Of a DNA stretch of 64,000 bases, positions 15,597 to 24,237 are shown one piece after another (positions within the stretch are counted from its first letter, which is position 1; every line of letters begins with the position of its first letter). The notes beneath the pieces were generated by a model. The model saw only the letters and a list, made by a program, of their open reading frames with translations, was not told the DNA's origin and did not search any database. Made by a program: the position numbers and the translations under genes. This stretch comes from Collinsella aerofaciens (GTDB taxonomy: Bacteria; Actinomycetota; Coriobacteriia; Coriobacteriales; Coriobacteriaceae), in NCBI GenBank assembly GCA_048194085.1, contig DBFABM010000020.1, positions 1,692-65,691 on the forward strand, read 5' to 3'.

Positions 15597-17354
15597 ATGA
15601 ACGAGATCAAGTGCCCGCATTGCGGCGAAGTTTTTAAGGTCGATGCGTCCGGCTATGCGGATATCGTCAAGCAAGTGCGCGATGCCGAGTTCTCGCGCGA
15701 TCTTGATGAGCGCGTAGCGGCGGCTCGACGCGAGGGCGAGCAGGCGCTGGAGCTTGAGCGTTCGCGTTCGGCGTCTGCCCTGCAGGAGGCGGAGTCTCAA
15801 CGCGACGCTCAGCTTGTCGAGCAGAAGAACGCTGCGGCGCAGGAGTTGGCACAAGAGGTTGCCAAGCGCGATGCTGAGCTTGCCGAGCTGCGCGCCAAGC
15901 TCGAGGGCGCTGCCGCAGAGCGCGAGAGTGCAAGCCAGCGCGCGGCGGTTGAGGCCCGCGCCGATGCTCAAAAGGAGAATGCCGAGCTGCAGCGCGAGAT
16001 CGACAACCTGCGTGCGCAGCTGGGGCGCAAGGATGACGAAGCCAAACTCGCCGAGGCGGCGGTGCGCAATGCCGCTCAAAACGACCTGTCCGCCCGCGAC
16101 GCTCAGATTGCCGAATTGCAGGCAAAGCTCTCCGCGGCGGATAAAGCCCAGGAGATGGCGCTTGCCGCCGCTGCGGCTGAGTCGAAACGCGAACTCGATG
16201 CCGCTCGCAGCGAGGCCGAGCGCGCGCTTGCTGACTATCGAGTGAAGGTACAGGAGAAGTTTTCCGCCGCAAAGACTCAGTCCATGCGCGAGGCCGAGGG
16301 CCTTCGTGCACAGCTTCGTGAGCAAGATCTTTCTGCAAAAATGGAGCTATCGAAGGCGGTCGCCGCGGCGGAGCGAGAGCGCGATGAGGCACGTGCCAAG
16401 CTGACGAGCGAGCTGGCGGTGCGCGATTCTCGCGAGGAGCAAGCCAAGGCGGCACACGAGCTCGAGCTTGCGCAGGCCAAGCGCGCGAGCGATGACCTGA
16501 TTCGCTACAAGGATGAAGAGATTGAGCGTCTTAAGGACATGAAGGTACGCCTGTCCACCAAGATGGTGGGCGAGTCGCTCGAGCAGCACTGCGAGACCGA
16601 GTTCAATCGCCTGCGCATGACGGCGTTTCCCAACGCGTACTTCGAGAAAGATAACGATGTGTCCGAGGGCACCAAGGGCGACTTTATCTTCCGCGAGTGC
16701 GACGCGAGCGGCAACGAGGTCATTTCGATTATGTTCGAGATGAAAAACGAGAACGACGAGACCGCGACCAAGCACAAAAACGAGGACTTCTTTAAGAAAC
16801 TCGATCACGATCGTCGCCAGAAAGGCTGTGAGTACGCGGTGCTCTGCACACTGCTCGAGCCCGAAAGCGAGCTCTATAACGCAGGGATAGTCGACGTGAG
16901 CTATCGCTACGAGAAGATGTACGTGATTCGCCCGCAATTTTTCATCCCCATGATTACACTTCTTCGCAACGCCGCCATGGGTTCGTTGCGTTATAAGCAG
17001 GAGCTGGCGGAGTACAAACAGCAGAATATCGACGTTACGAACTTCGAAGCCAAGATGGAAAAGTTCAAGAACGATTTCGGTCGCAACTACGAGATCGCGA
17101 GCCGCAAGTTCCAAACGGCGATCGATGAGATCGACAAGACGATTAGCCATCTGCAGAAAACCAAGGAGGCGTTGCTGTCCTCCGAGAACAATCTGCGCCT
17201 AGCCAACAAGAAGGCCGACGATCTTACCATTCGCAAGCTCACGTGGGGCAACAAGACCATGAAGGCGGCGTTTGACGAGGCGCGCGGGGCTGCGCCAGAG
17301 ACAAACGATGAGCCCGCCGAGGCGGATTCGTATGAGGTCGAGGACGCCGAGTAA
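15597..17354 (+). CDS. DUF2130-family protein (Zn-ribbon, long Ala/Glu coiled coil, PD-(D/E)xK-like C-terminal domain)
   Basis: N-terminus [29 protein letters not shown]. About 300 aa of coiled coil. C-terminal KGDFIFRE...[10 protein letters not shown] forms a D..ExK arrangement. Confidence 0.75.
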   Translation: MNEIKCPHCGEVFKVDASGYADIVKQVRDAEFSRDLDERVAAARREGEQALELERSRSASALQEAESQRDAQLVEQKNAAAQELAQEVAKRDAELAELRAKLEGAAAERESASQRAAVEARADAQKENAELQREIDNLRAQLGRKDDEAKLAEAAVRNAAQNDLSARDAQIAELQAKLSAADKAQEMALAAAAAESKRELDAARSEAERALADYRVKVQEKFSAAKTQSMREAEGLRAQLREQDLSAKMELSKAVAAAERERDEARAKLTSELAVRDSREEQAKAAHELELAQAKRASDDLIRYKDEEIERLKDMKVRLSTKMVGESLEQHCETEFNRLRMTAFPNAYFEKDNDVSEGTKGDFIFRECDASGNEVISIMFEMKNENDETATKHKNEDFFKKLDHDRRQKGCEYAVLCTLLEPESELYNAGIVDVSYRYEKMYVIRPQFFIPMITLLRNAAMGSLRYKQELAEYKQQNIDVTNFEAKMEKFKNDFGRNYEIASRKFQTAIDEIDKTISHLQKTKEALLSSENNLRLANKKADDLTIRKLTWGNKTMKAAFDEARGAAPETNDEPAEADSYEVEDAE

Positions 17355-17374
17355 GGCATAGCGTATAGTGCAAA

Positions 17375-17410
17375 AGCGGGGCCGCTGGCGATATTGCCAA
17401 CGGCCCCGCT
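17375..17410. terminator. Bidirectional hairpin between convergent DUF2130 and helicase genes
   Basis: AGCGGGGCCG (17375-17384) pairs with CGGCCCCGCT (17401-17410). CAAAA precedes it and TTGTT follows. Confidence 0.6.
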
Positions 17411-17432
17411 TGTTCCGTTCCAGTATGTACGG

Positions 17433-20114
17433 CTAGTCCTCGAGCAGGTCCTCGATAAAGCCGACGCGGTAGTTTTTGAAGATGACCTCGCCACCGTCTT
17501 GCGTGGCGTCCAGATCGACATCGCCCATGATGCCAAAATCGTGGTCGCCATCCTCGTCGGCAAAGATCTGGTGCACGTGCCATACGTGCGCGGTCTTCTC
17601 GCCGGACTCGTCAATGGAAAACATCGCGGCGCTGCGGGCATCTCCGTCGGTGAGGATCTCCTCGTGCTGCTCATGGTAGGCATCGAGCGCCTTTTGCCAG
17701 CGGATTTCGCTCATGCCCCAGTCGTCGTCGAGCTCGCCCAGGTCGCGAACGTGCTCGCGAGCGGCAAGGGTCACGCGGCGGAAGAGCGCGTTGCGCACCA
17801 ACAGCGTGCAGCCGCGGCGGTCCGCCACGACCTCGTCGATGCCCTGCGGCGGCGCGGCGTCGAGGGCTGCCGGGTTGCCGGCGTTCTCCCACTCGTCCAC
17901 CAGGCTCGAGTCCACCGAGCGCACCACAAAGCCCAGCCACGAGATAATGTCGCGCAGGCGCTCGTCGCGCTTCTCGATGGGCACGGTGCGGTCGAGTGAA
18001 CGGTAGGCCTCGGCTAGGTAGCGCAGCAGAATGCCCTCGGAGCGGGCGATGCCGAGCTTTTGAATGTAGCCCTTAAAATCGCTCGCGCTTTCCAGCATAT
18101 CGCGCAGGACGCTCTTGGGAGAGAGCTGATAGTCGTTTGCCCAGGGCACTTCCTGGCAGTACTTGTCAAAGGCGGCGTCGAGCAAATCCTCGAGCGGCTT
18201 TTCGTACGTGACGTCTTGAATGCGCTCCAAGCGCTCCTCATACTCGACGCCGTCAGCCTTCATTTCGGCCATCGCGCGGTCGCGCGCAGCGCGCTCCTGT
18301 GCGCGCAGCACCTGCTTGGGGTCCTCGAGCGTTGCCTCGACCATCGAGATCAGATCCATGGTATAGGTCTCGCTCTCGGGATCGAGCAGCTCCAACGCGG
18401 CAAGCAAGAACGGCGAGAGCGGCTGATCGAGCGCAAAGTCCTCGGGCAGGTCGACCGTTAGCGCATAGTCGATGTCCGGCGCGGCGTCAGTCGGGGCGTC
18501 GGGTGCGGGCGGCACCTCGGTGCGAACGACGACGCCGGAATCGATGAGTGTGGCGAAGATCTCGTCGGCACGAACCTCGAGCTTGGCCTTTTCCTCGGGG
18601 GTCTGCAGGCTCGTCTCGATGAGGTCGTGTACGCGGGTTCGGGCATCGCCGCCCTGCTCGACCACGCTAATCACCATGGAGTGCGTGATGCGCAGGCGCG
18701 GCTTGAGCGTCTCGGGCTGCGTCTCGATCAGGCGCTCAAAGGTCTGCTTGTTCCAGGTGACAAAGCCCTCGGGGGCCTTTTTCTTTTTAATCTTACGGAG
18801 TTTTTTGGGGTCGTCGCCCGCCTTGGCCATGAGCTTGGCGTTCTCGATCTCGTGCTCGGGTGCCTCGGCAATTACCATGCCCTCGGTATCAAAGCCAGAG
18901 CGACCGGCGCGACCGGCGATCTGATGGAACTCGCGGGCGCGCAGGCGACGCATCTTGTAGCCGTCGAACTTGGTGAGCGCGGTGAGCACCACAGTATGGA
19001 TGGGTACGTTGATGCCGACGCCGAGTGTGTCGGTGCCGCAAATGACGGGCAACAGGCCCTGCTGCGCCAGGCGCTCGACCAGTAGGCGATAGCGCGGCAA
19101 CATGCCAGCATGGTGCACGCCGACGCCGCAGCCGAGCAAGCGCTTGAGAATCTTGCCGAAGGCCGTCGAGAAGCTCGTGCCCTTGGCCGCCTCCTTGATG
19201 GCCTCGCGCTGCTCCTTGCTGGCAATGCCAAAGTTGGCGAGCGACTGTGCCGTCGCAAGGGCGGCATCCTGGCTAAAGTGCACGATATAGAGCGGGGCCT
19301 CTCCACGGCGCATGGCGAGCTCGACGGTGCCCTCGAGCGAGGTCGTCACGTAGTCGTAGCTCAGCGGCACGGGGCGCGGGGCATCGACGACTAAGTCGCA
19401 GGTAGCGCCGGTGTGTTCCTCGAGTGAGGCGGCGATGGCAGTGACATCGCCGAGCGTGGCGCTCATGAGCATGAATTGCGTGTGAGGCAGGGTGAGCAGC
19501 GGCACCTGCCAGGCCCAACCGCGATCAGGGTCGGCAAAGTAGTGGAACTCGTCCATGGCGACGCAGCCAACATCGGCATCTTCGCCCTCGCGCAGTGCGT
19601 CGTTGGCAAGGATCTCTGCCGTGCAGCAGATGACGGGCGCCTTGGTGTTGATGTGCGTGTCGCCGGTGATCATACCGACGTTATCGCGGCCGAGCACCTG
19701 TACCAGGTCGAAGAACTTTTCGCTGACCAGAGCCTTGATAGGAGCCGTGTAGTAGCAGCGTTTGCCCTGCGCCATGCCCATAAAGAGCATGCCCAGCGCG
19801 ACGAGCGACTTGCCCGATCCGGTCGGCGTGCCCAAAATGACGTGATCGCCGGCGGCCAGGTCCATGAGGGCCTCTTCTTGGTGATCCCACAGCTCAATGC
19901 CACGGTCGCTCGTCCATTCAAAGAAGCGTTCGAAGGCCTGATCGGGCGTGAGCCATGGTTCGGGCTCACTGCCATCCTCGGGCTCCCACCAGGCGGGGGA
20001 GAGCGCGCCGAGCGAGCCGAACTCGGCTTCGGTTCCCGTGCCGCCCGAGAATGAACTGGCGGCGCCGGCGCCGGAGACGGTGCCGGCGGCGGTATCTGTC
20101 GTGGTCTGTGCCAT
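17433..20114 (-). CDS. Ski2-like DEAD/DEAH-box helicase with DUF3516-type C-terminal region
   Basis: Start ATG 20114 (MAQTTTDT). GTPTGSGKS Walker A, MDEFH, SATLG, QIAGRAGRSG. Long actinobacterial-type C-terminal extension. Confidence 0.85.
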   Translation of the reverse strand: MAQTTTDTAAGTVSGAGAASSFSGGTGTEAEFGSLGALSPAWWEPEDGSEPEPWLTPDQAFERFFEWTSDRGIELWDHQEEALMDLAAGDHVILGTPTGSGKSLVALGMLFMGMAQGKRCYYTAPIKALVSEKFFDLVQVLGRDNVGMITGDTHINTKAPVICCTAEILANDALREGEDADVGCVAMDEFHYFADPDRGWAWQVPLLTLPHTQFMLMSATLGDVTAIAASLEEHTGATCDLVVDAPRPVPLSYDYVTTSLEGTVELAMRRGEAPLYIVHFSQDAALATAQSLANFGIASKEQREAIKEAAKGTSFSTAFGKILKRLLGCGVGVHHAGMLPRYRLLVERLAQQGLLPVICGTDTLGVGINVPIHTVVLTALTKFDGYKMRRLRAREFHQIAGRAGRSGFDTEGMVIAEAPEHEIENAKLMAKAGDDPKKLRKIKKKKAPEGFVTWNKQTFERLIETQPETLKPRLRITHSMVISVVEQGGDARTRVHDLIETSLQTPEEKAKLEVRADEIFATLIDSGVVVRTEVPPAPDAPTDAAPDIDYALTVDLPEDFALDQPLSPFLLAALELLDPESETYTMDLISMVEATLEDPKQVLRAQERAARDRAMAEMKADGVEYEERLERIQDVTYEKPLEDLLDAAFDKYCQEVPWANDYQLSPKSVLRDMLESASDFKGYIQKLGIARSEGILLRYLAEAYRSLDRTVPIEKRDERLRDIISWLGFVVRSVDSSLVDEWENAGNPAALDAAPPQGIDEVVADRRGCTLLVRNALFRRVTLAAREHVRDLGELDDDWGMSEIRWQKALDAYHEQHEEILTDGDARSAAMFSIDESGEKTAHVWHVHQIFADEDGDHDFGIMGDVDLDATQDGGEVIFKNYRVGFIEDLLED

Positions 20115-20237
20115 GTGGTTGCTTTCTCTCGCGATTGTCCGCCAACTATTATGGCGTAGCGGCGGCGTGGGGTGCCAGCGCGCGAGAAAATGCAGGAAAT
20201 GGGCGTTCTGTCCGGCCGTTTGGTGCGGTTGCCAGCT

Positions 20238-20356
20238 AAGTGAGTAGACTTTTTGCGATATTGCGAGCACATGGCTTTTGCGCAAGGGCTCTACCTGCGG
20301 TTTTATGTTTCACTATGCGGGCTGTGCTTGGCTATTGCAAAAAAGTCTACTCACTT
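20238..20356. mobile_element. MITE-like 119-bp element, copy C
   Basis: AAGTGAGTAGACTTTTTGC...GCAAAAAAGTCTACTCACTT, TA-flanked, with centre CTACCTGCGGTTTT. Lies between the helicase start and the trmB stop. Confidence 0.8.
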
Positions 20357-20423
20357 AGGCTTGAGGGCCGTTCGCTGGCGCCTATTTGCGCTTGTTTGCT
20401 GACGCCGCGACCATCAGAGGCCC

Positions 20424-21263
20424 CTAGGACTCTTGTGGCAGGCGCTTCTTGCCTTTGCGGGCGCGGTTTTTAAAGTTCTCGACGGCCTCTTCCATGCCGA
20501 GAGGCACGTAGGTGAGCTCATCGAGGTTATCGGGCAGGTAGCACGCAAGGCTTTGCTCCTGCTCTCGGCCTGCTGCGAGTTGCTCTTCGGTAGGCTTCTC
20601 GCCGGGTGTGGCGCAAATGCCATAGACGGCGGCACCCATCTCGCGCGTGCGGCGCTCGTACTCGGTCTCGGGATGCTTGGGATGGTCGCGGCGGACGTCG
20701 TCGCTTACCCAAAGCGTATCGTAGCCGGCCGCGGCAAACTGTCCCAGGGCGTAATCGCGCAACGGCTTGCTATCGGTGCGCAGTGTGACGGTAGCGCCGG
20801 CTGAAAAGAGCGGGCGGTAGAGCATCAGATGGTCGACATGGACGAGTCGTTTTTTAGCGTACTTGGCCTTGGGCTGCGGCGTGGGAAAGTTAATGGTGAT
20901 GGCATCGAGCTCGCCTGCGGCAAACAGCTGTGGCAGCGATGCGGCGCCTCGGGGCAGGACGAGTGCGTTGGATAGCCCCTGTTCGCAGATTTTCTGCGCG
21001 GCATAGGCGATGCAGATGGGCTCCTGGTCCATGCCGATAAAGAGGGTGTCGGGCTCGCGGTGGGCGCGCTCGACCAGATAGGTTCCCTTGCCACAGCCAA
21101 GATCCAGGTGAAGGTGTTCGAAGGGCCTGCTGCCAGCTGGCGCGCAAGCCTCGCGCCAATCTCCGGCATAAGCCTCGGGGTTCGTCTCAATCGCATCGGC
21201 GTAGCGCTCCAGGCGCTCCTCGAGCACAAAGTTCTTAGGCGTGCGAACGTGGACGGCTCCCAT
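20424..21263 (-). CDS. trmB: tRNA (guanine46-N7)-methyltransferase TrmB
   Basis: LDLGCGKGTYL SAM motif, INFPTPQPKAKYAKKRL and TDS..L motifs typical of TrmB. Confidence 0.85.
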   Translation of the reverse strand: MGAVHVRTPKNFVLEERLERYADAIETNPEAYAGDWREACAPAGSRPFEHLHLDLGCGKGTYLVERAHREPDTLFIGMDQEPICIAYAAQKICEQGLSNALVLPRGAASLPQLFAAGELDAITINFPTPQPKAKYAKKRLVHVDHLMLYRPLFSAGATVTLRTDSKPLRDYALGQFAAAGYDTLWVSDDVRRDHPKHPETEYERRTREMGAAVYGICATPGEKPTEEQLAAGREQEQSLACYLPDNLDELTYVPLGMEEAVENFKNRARKGKKRLPQES

Positions 21264-21381
21264 GAGGCTCCTTGGTCATAAATATGGAACGCGTAGCTGC
21301 GCGTTCCGTCAATGGGTTGAAAAAGGGTGGGCATAGTTTGCCCGAAAGATGCGGTGCGGTTCGGCGGCGAGTCGCCGATAC

Positions 21382-22254
21382 CTACAGGCGCTTGAGAATC
21401 ACATAGCGGTTGAGCTCGCCGCTGCGACCGTCAGCATGGAAACGCTCAAGCTCGCGCACGGGGACCTCGCCGCTCTTGTAGAACGTGCGGACGCCGCGCA
21501 CCAGGTCGGTGATCTGCTGATCGTCAAAGTGATGGCAATAGCGGTAGGCGTGGCGGTCGTTTTGCCAGCCGATGAGGTGGTCGCCGGCTTCAAACTGCGC
21601 CGAATCGTAACCCTCAAACGGCGGGGTGAGCTCGGCGCGGGCCTCGGCACGAACGGCCTTGCGCGCCATGCGCTCGTCGTTCATAAACTCCCAAAAGCTG
21701 ATGGCGATGATGCCACCTGGGCGCGTCTGACGCACCAGGGCGTCGAGCACGCGCACGCGATACTCGCACGACGGCACGTGGTGCATAAAGCCAAAGCAGA
21801 CCGAGATGTCGGCGAGCGGGGCGTCGAAAAGCACGTCGGGCGTCTCGGCGGGGTTGAGCTTCATAAGGGCGTCGAGCACATCGAGTTCCTGGAAGTGCAG
21901 GTTGGGAATGCGCAGGGCGTGACCGCGTGCATCGATGGCCAGGTCTTGGCACGAGTCGACGCCATAGAACTCAAACGGGCAGCTGGCATCTGCCGAGGGG
22001 TTTGCGCCGTCGACGCCCTTGGCGGCAAGTGCGCCGCCGGCGGCAAAGTTCTCGAATCGCATGTTGCCGCAGGCGAGGTCGAAGACGCGGACGGGATGCT
22101 CGATCGTGGCGACGTCGAGCTGTTCGAGCGCAATGTCCATGGTGCGCACCCAGCCGGGCCACGGGGCCTGGCGCGTATCGGAAAAGGAGGCGGAGTGCTC
22201 GCGATAGAACGTATTGTTGAGCTGGATGAGCGATGAGGCGAAATCGCGGTTCAC
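21382..22254 (-). CDS. Class I SAM-dependent methyltransferase, Trm9-like
   Basis: Start uncertain: GTG 22254 after GGAGGGAG, or ATG 22302. FYREHSASFSDTRQAPWPGW, FDLACGN, FMHHVPSCEYRVRVLDALVRQTRPGGIIAISFWE and YRYCHHF parallel the Trm9/ALKBH8 methyltransferase motifs as I remember them. Confidence 0.7.
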   Translation of the reverse strand: MNRDFASSLIQLNNTFYREHSASFSDTRQAPWPGWVRTMDIALEQLDVATIEHPVRVFDLACGNMRFENFAAGGALAAKGVDGANPSADASCPFEFYGVDSCQDLAIDARGHALRIPNLHFQELDVLDALMKLNPAETPDVLFDAPLADISVCFGFMHHVPSCEYRVRVLDALVRQTRPGGIIAISFWEFMNDERMARKAVRAEARAELTPPFEGYDSAQFEAGDHLIGWQNDRHAYRYCHHFDDQQITDLVRGVRTFYKSGEVPVRELERFHADGRSGELNRYVILKRL

Positions 22255-22521
22255 GGCGCGGGACTCCCTCCGTTGGCGGTGCGGAATAAACAGTACGACC
22301 ATACTACCGTTAACGCCGCAACGGGGACAACCGAGCCGTGGGTCATTGCTTTGTTTGGACACATTTCCGCAGCTCATATGCACCCGCAACCGCCGGTTGT
22401 CAAAAAACTCACTAGAATAGGTGGCATGCTTTTGGCGGTGGCGGATAGATTTTTAACTGTGCAAGGCGCCTTAAGAACAAAAACGGTCCGGCGGCACGGC
22501 TGGCATCACATAGGAGGAACC

Positions 22522-23244
22522 ATGAATGTAGAAACTGCGCAGCGGCTCGCCGACCTTCGTCGCAGCAAGGGTTTTAGCCAAGAAGGGCTGGCGCGAAAGC
22601 TGGGGCTGTCGCGCCAGGCAGTCAGTAAATGGGAGCGCGCGGAGAGCTCGCCCGATACCGAGAACCTAATCTCGCTCGCCAAACTCTATGGCGTGAGCCT
22701 GGACGAGCTGCTCAATCCGAGCGACGAGATCGAGGACGATATCGAGTTTGAGAACGAGGACCGCGCCCGTCAGCGCGAGGCCGAGGCGGCAGAGCGTGCT
22801 CGCACCCATGAGGCGGCGGCGCGCGCTACCGAGGCGGCAACACAGGCGAGTGATGCTGCGGCCAAGGCGGCGCAAGCGGCAAGCTGGAGTGCGCAGGCCG
22901 CCAATGCCGCTACGGCGCAGGCGACGAGTGGCACCGCGGTTGGCTCGACTCCGGTGAAGGGCCCGTTCCAGTCGTTCCCGTATTGGGCCGTGTGTTGGCT
23001 ACTGTTCTTTTTGCTGATGTTCCTGTTTGGTGCCGGTCCCTTTGCCGCGCTGATCTTCTTTACGATCCCCATCTATCACTGGGTGGCGCGTGCGCTCGAT
23101 GGCGATTGGGCGCGCGGGGATATCCAGGTTGGTCCGGCGCCGGCGGTCGCTAGGACTAAGGGGGAGGACGTTTTCACAGCGGTTGACGCTGACATGGCTG
23201 CCGCGACCACCGCTGAGTCGAGTGCCAAAGAAGGTGATGAATGA
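22522..23244 (+). CDS. XRE-family HTH protein with Ala-rich linker and C-terminal membrane domain
   Basis: ATG 22522 after AGGAGG (22512-22517). RLADLRRSKGFSQEGLARKLGLSRQAVSKWE HTH. Two hydrophobic segments (YWAVCWLLFFLLMFLF, FAALIFFTIPIY). Confidence 0.8.
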   Translation: MNVETAQRLADLRRSKGFSQEGLARKLGLSRQAVSKWERAESSPDTENLISLAKLYGVSLDELLNPSDEIEDDIEFENEDRARQREAEAAERARTHEAAARATEAATQASDAAAKAAQAASWSAQAANAATAQATSGTAVGSTPVKGPFQSFPYWAVCWLLFFLLMFLFGAGPFAALIFFTIPIYHWVARALDGDWARGDIQVGPAPAVARTKGEDVFTAVDADMAAATTAESSAKEGDE

Positions 23245-24140
23245 TGAAGCTTTCACATGAATCCAAGGTACGCTTGGGCGTTGGCATCGGAGCGTTTGTG
23301 CTCATCATTGGGCTTGCCTTTGGCATTTCGCGGACATTGATTCATTTTGATGGTCCGTGGGATCTCGACGATGTTGTATCCGGCTTCTCTGGTATGGACG
23401 ATGCGGTTGACGAGGACGATCTTTTGGATGGCGGTAACTATTCCGCTCGGCCTCAGCAGCTTTCGAGCACGACTTTTGACGAAGACGCGTTCCAATCGCT
23501 CGACTTGGATGTGACGTCGGGGACGGTCGAGGTTAAACGTGTCTCTGGCGGACCGGTACGTGTCATCGAAAGCGGGCGCGTTGCAAAGGGGGCGTCTGCT
23601 TCCGATGCCGCCACTCAGAATCTGGTTAAGATCGAGGGCTCTACGCTCAAGATTCGCCAGTTCGATTGCGATGACGAGCGCGCCCATGACCGTAAGGTCA
23701 CCATTGAACTGCCGCGTGAGCTTGCCGATAACATGATGGGCATTACGGCAAACGTGGGGTTGGGAGACCTGACGGTCGCGGACATTGCGTGCCACGACTT
23801 TGATTTGACGTTGGACTCGGGAGACGTTGAGTTTACGGGCACCGTGACCGATACCCTGAATGCCGAGGTCGGTTCGGGCGATGTGACGTTCGAGCTCTAC
23901 CAGGCCCCCGCGAAGTCGATGGACGTGAGTGTGGGCTCGGGCGATGTGGAGATGACGGTTCCGAACTCGACGGGCTTTAAGGCGAGCCTCACCTTGGGCA
24001 GCGGCGACTTCGAGAGCGATTTCCTTCCGCTTGGCTACGACGGCGAGACCATTTTGAATCTTGAATTCGATAACGGCGATAAGTCTGCTACGTATCGTTT
24101 TGAGGTCGATTCGGGCGACATGTCGTTTGATCCGGAGTGA
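23241..24140 (+). CDS. DUF4097-like beta-strand-repeat protein with N-terminal membrane anchor
   Basis: Start overlaps the upstream stop (ATGA). TM segment LGVGIGAFVLIIGLAF. Repeated SGDV/GSGDV strands (TSGTVEV, DSGDVEF, GSGDVTF, GSGDVEM, GSGDFE, DSGDMSF). Confidence 0.7.
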   Translation: MMKLSHESKVRLGVGIGAFVLIIGLAFGISRTLIHFDGPWDLDDVVSGFSGMDDAVDEDDLLDGGNYSARPQQLSSTTFDEDAFQSLDLDVTSGTVEVKRVSGGPVRVIESGRVAKGASASDAATQNLVKIEGSTLKIRQFDCDDERAHDRKVTIELPRELADNMMGITANVGLGDLTVADIACHDFDLTLDSGDVEFTGTVTDTLNAEVGSGDVTFELYQAPAKSMDVSVGSGDVEMTVPNSTGFKASLTLGSGDFESDFLPLGYDGETILNLEFDNGDKSATYRFEVDSGDMSFDPE

Positions 24141-24186
24141 CATGCGGTTTTCGGAGATCGGTACATATAGGCATGCTCTTTGATGG

Positions 24187-24222
24187 AGGCGCCGAAGCCG
24201 AGATCGGCTCCGGCGCCTTTGC
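24187..24222 (+). terminator. Hairpin terminator after the DUF4097 gene
   Basis: AGGCGCCGAAGCCGA / TCGGCTCCGGCGCCT stem followed by TTGCCTTT. Confidence 0.6.
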
Positions 24223-24237
24223 CTTTACAATGGGGGC

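Noticed and set aside
20115-20285. Helicase ORF extension upstream of ATG 20114
   Set aside because: The extension runs into MITE copy C and has no helicase homology. MAQTTT at 20114 precedes the conserved region.
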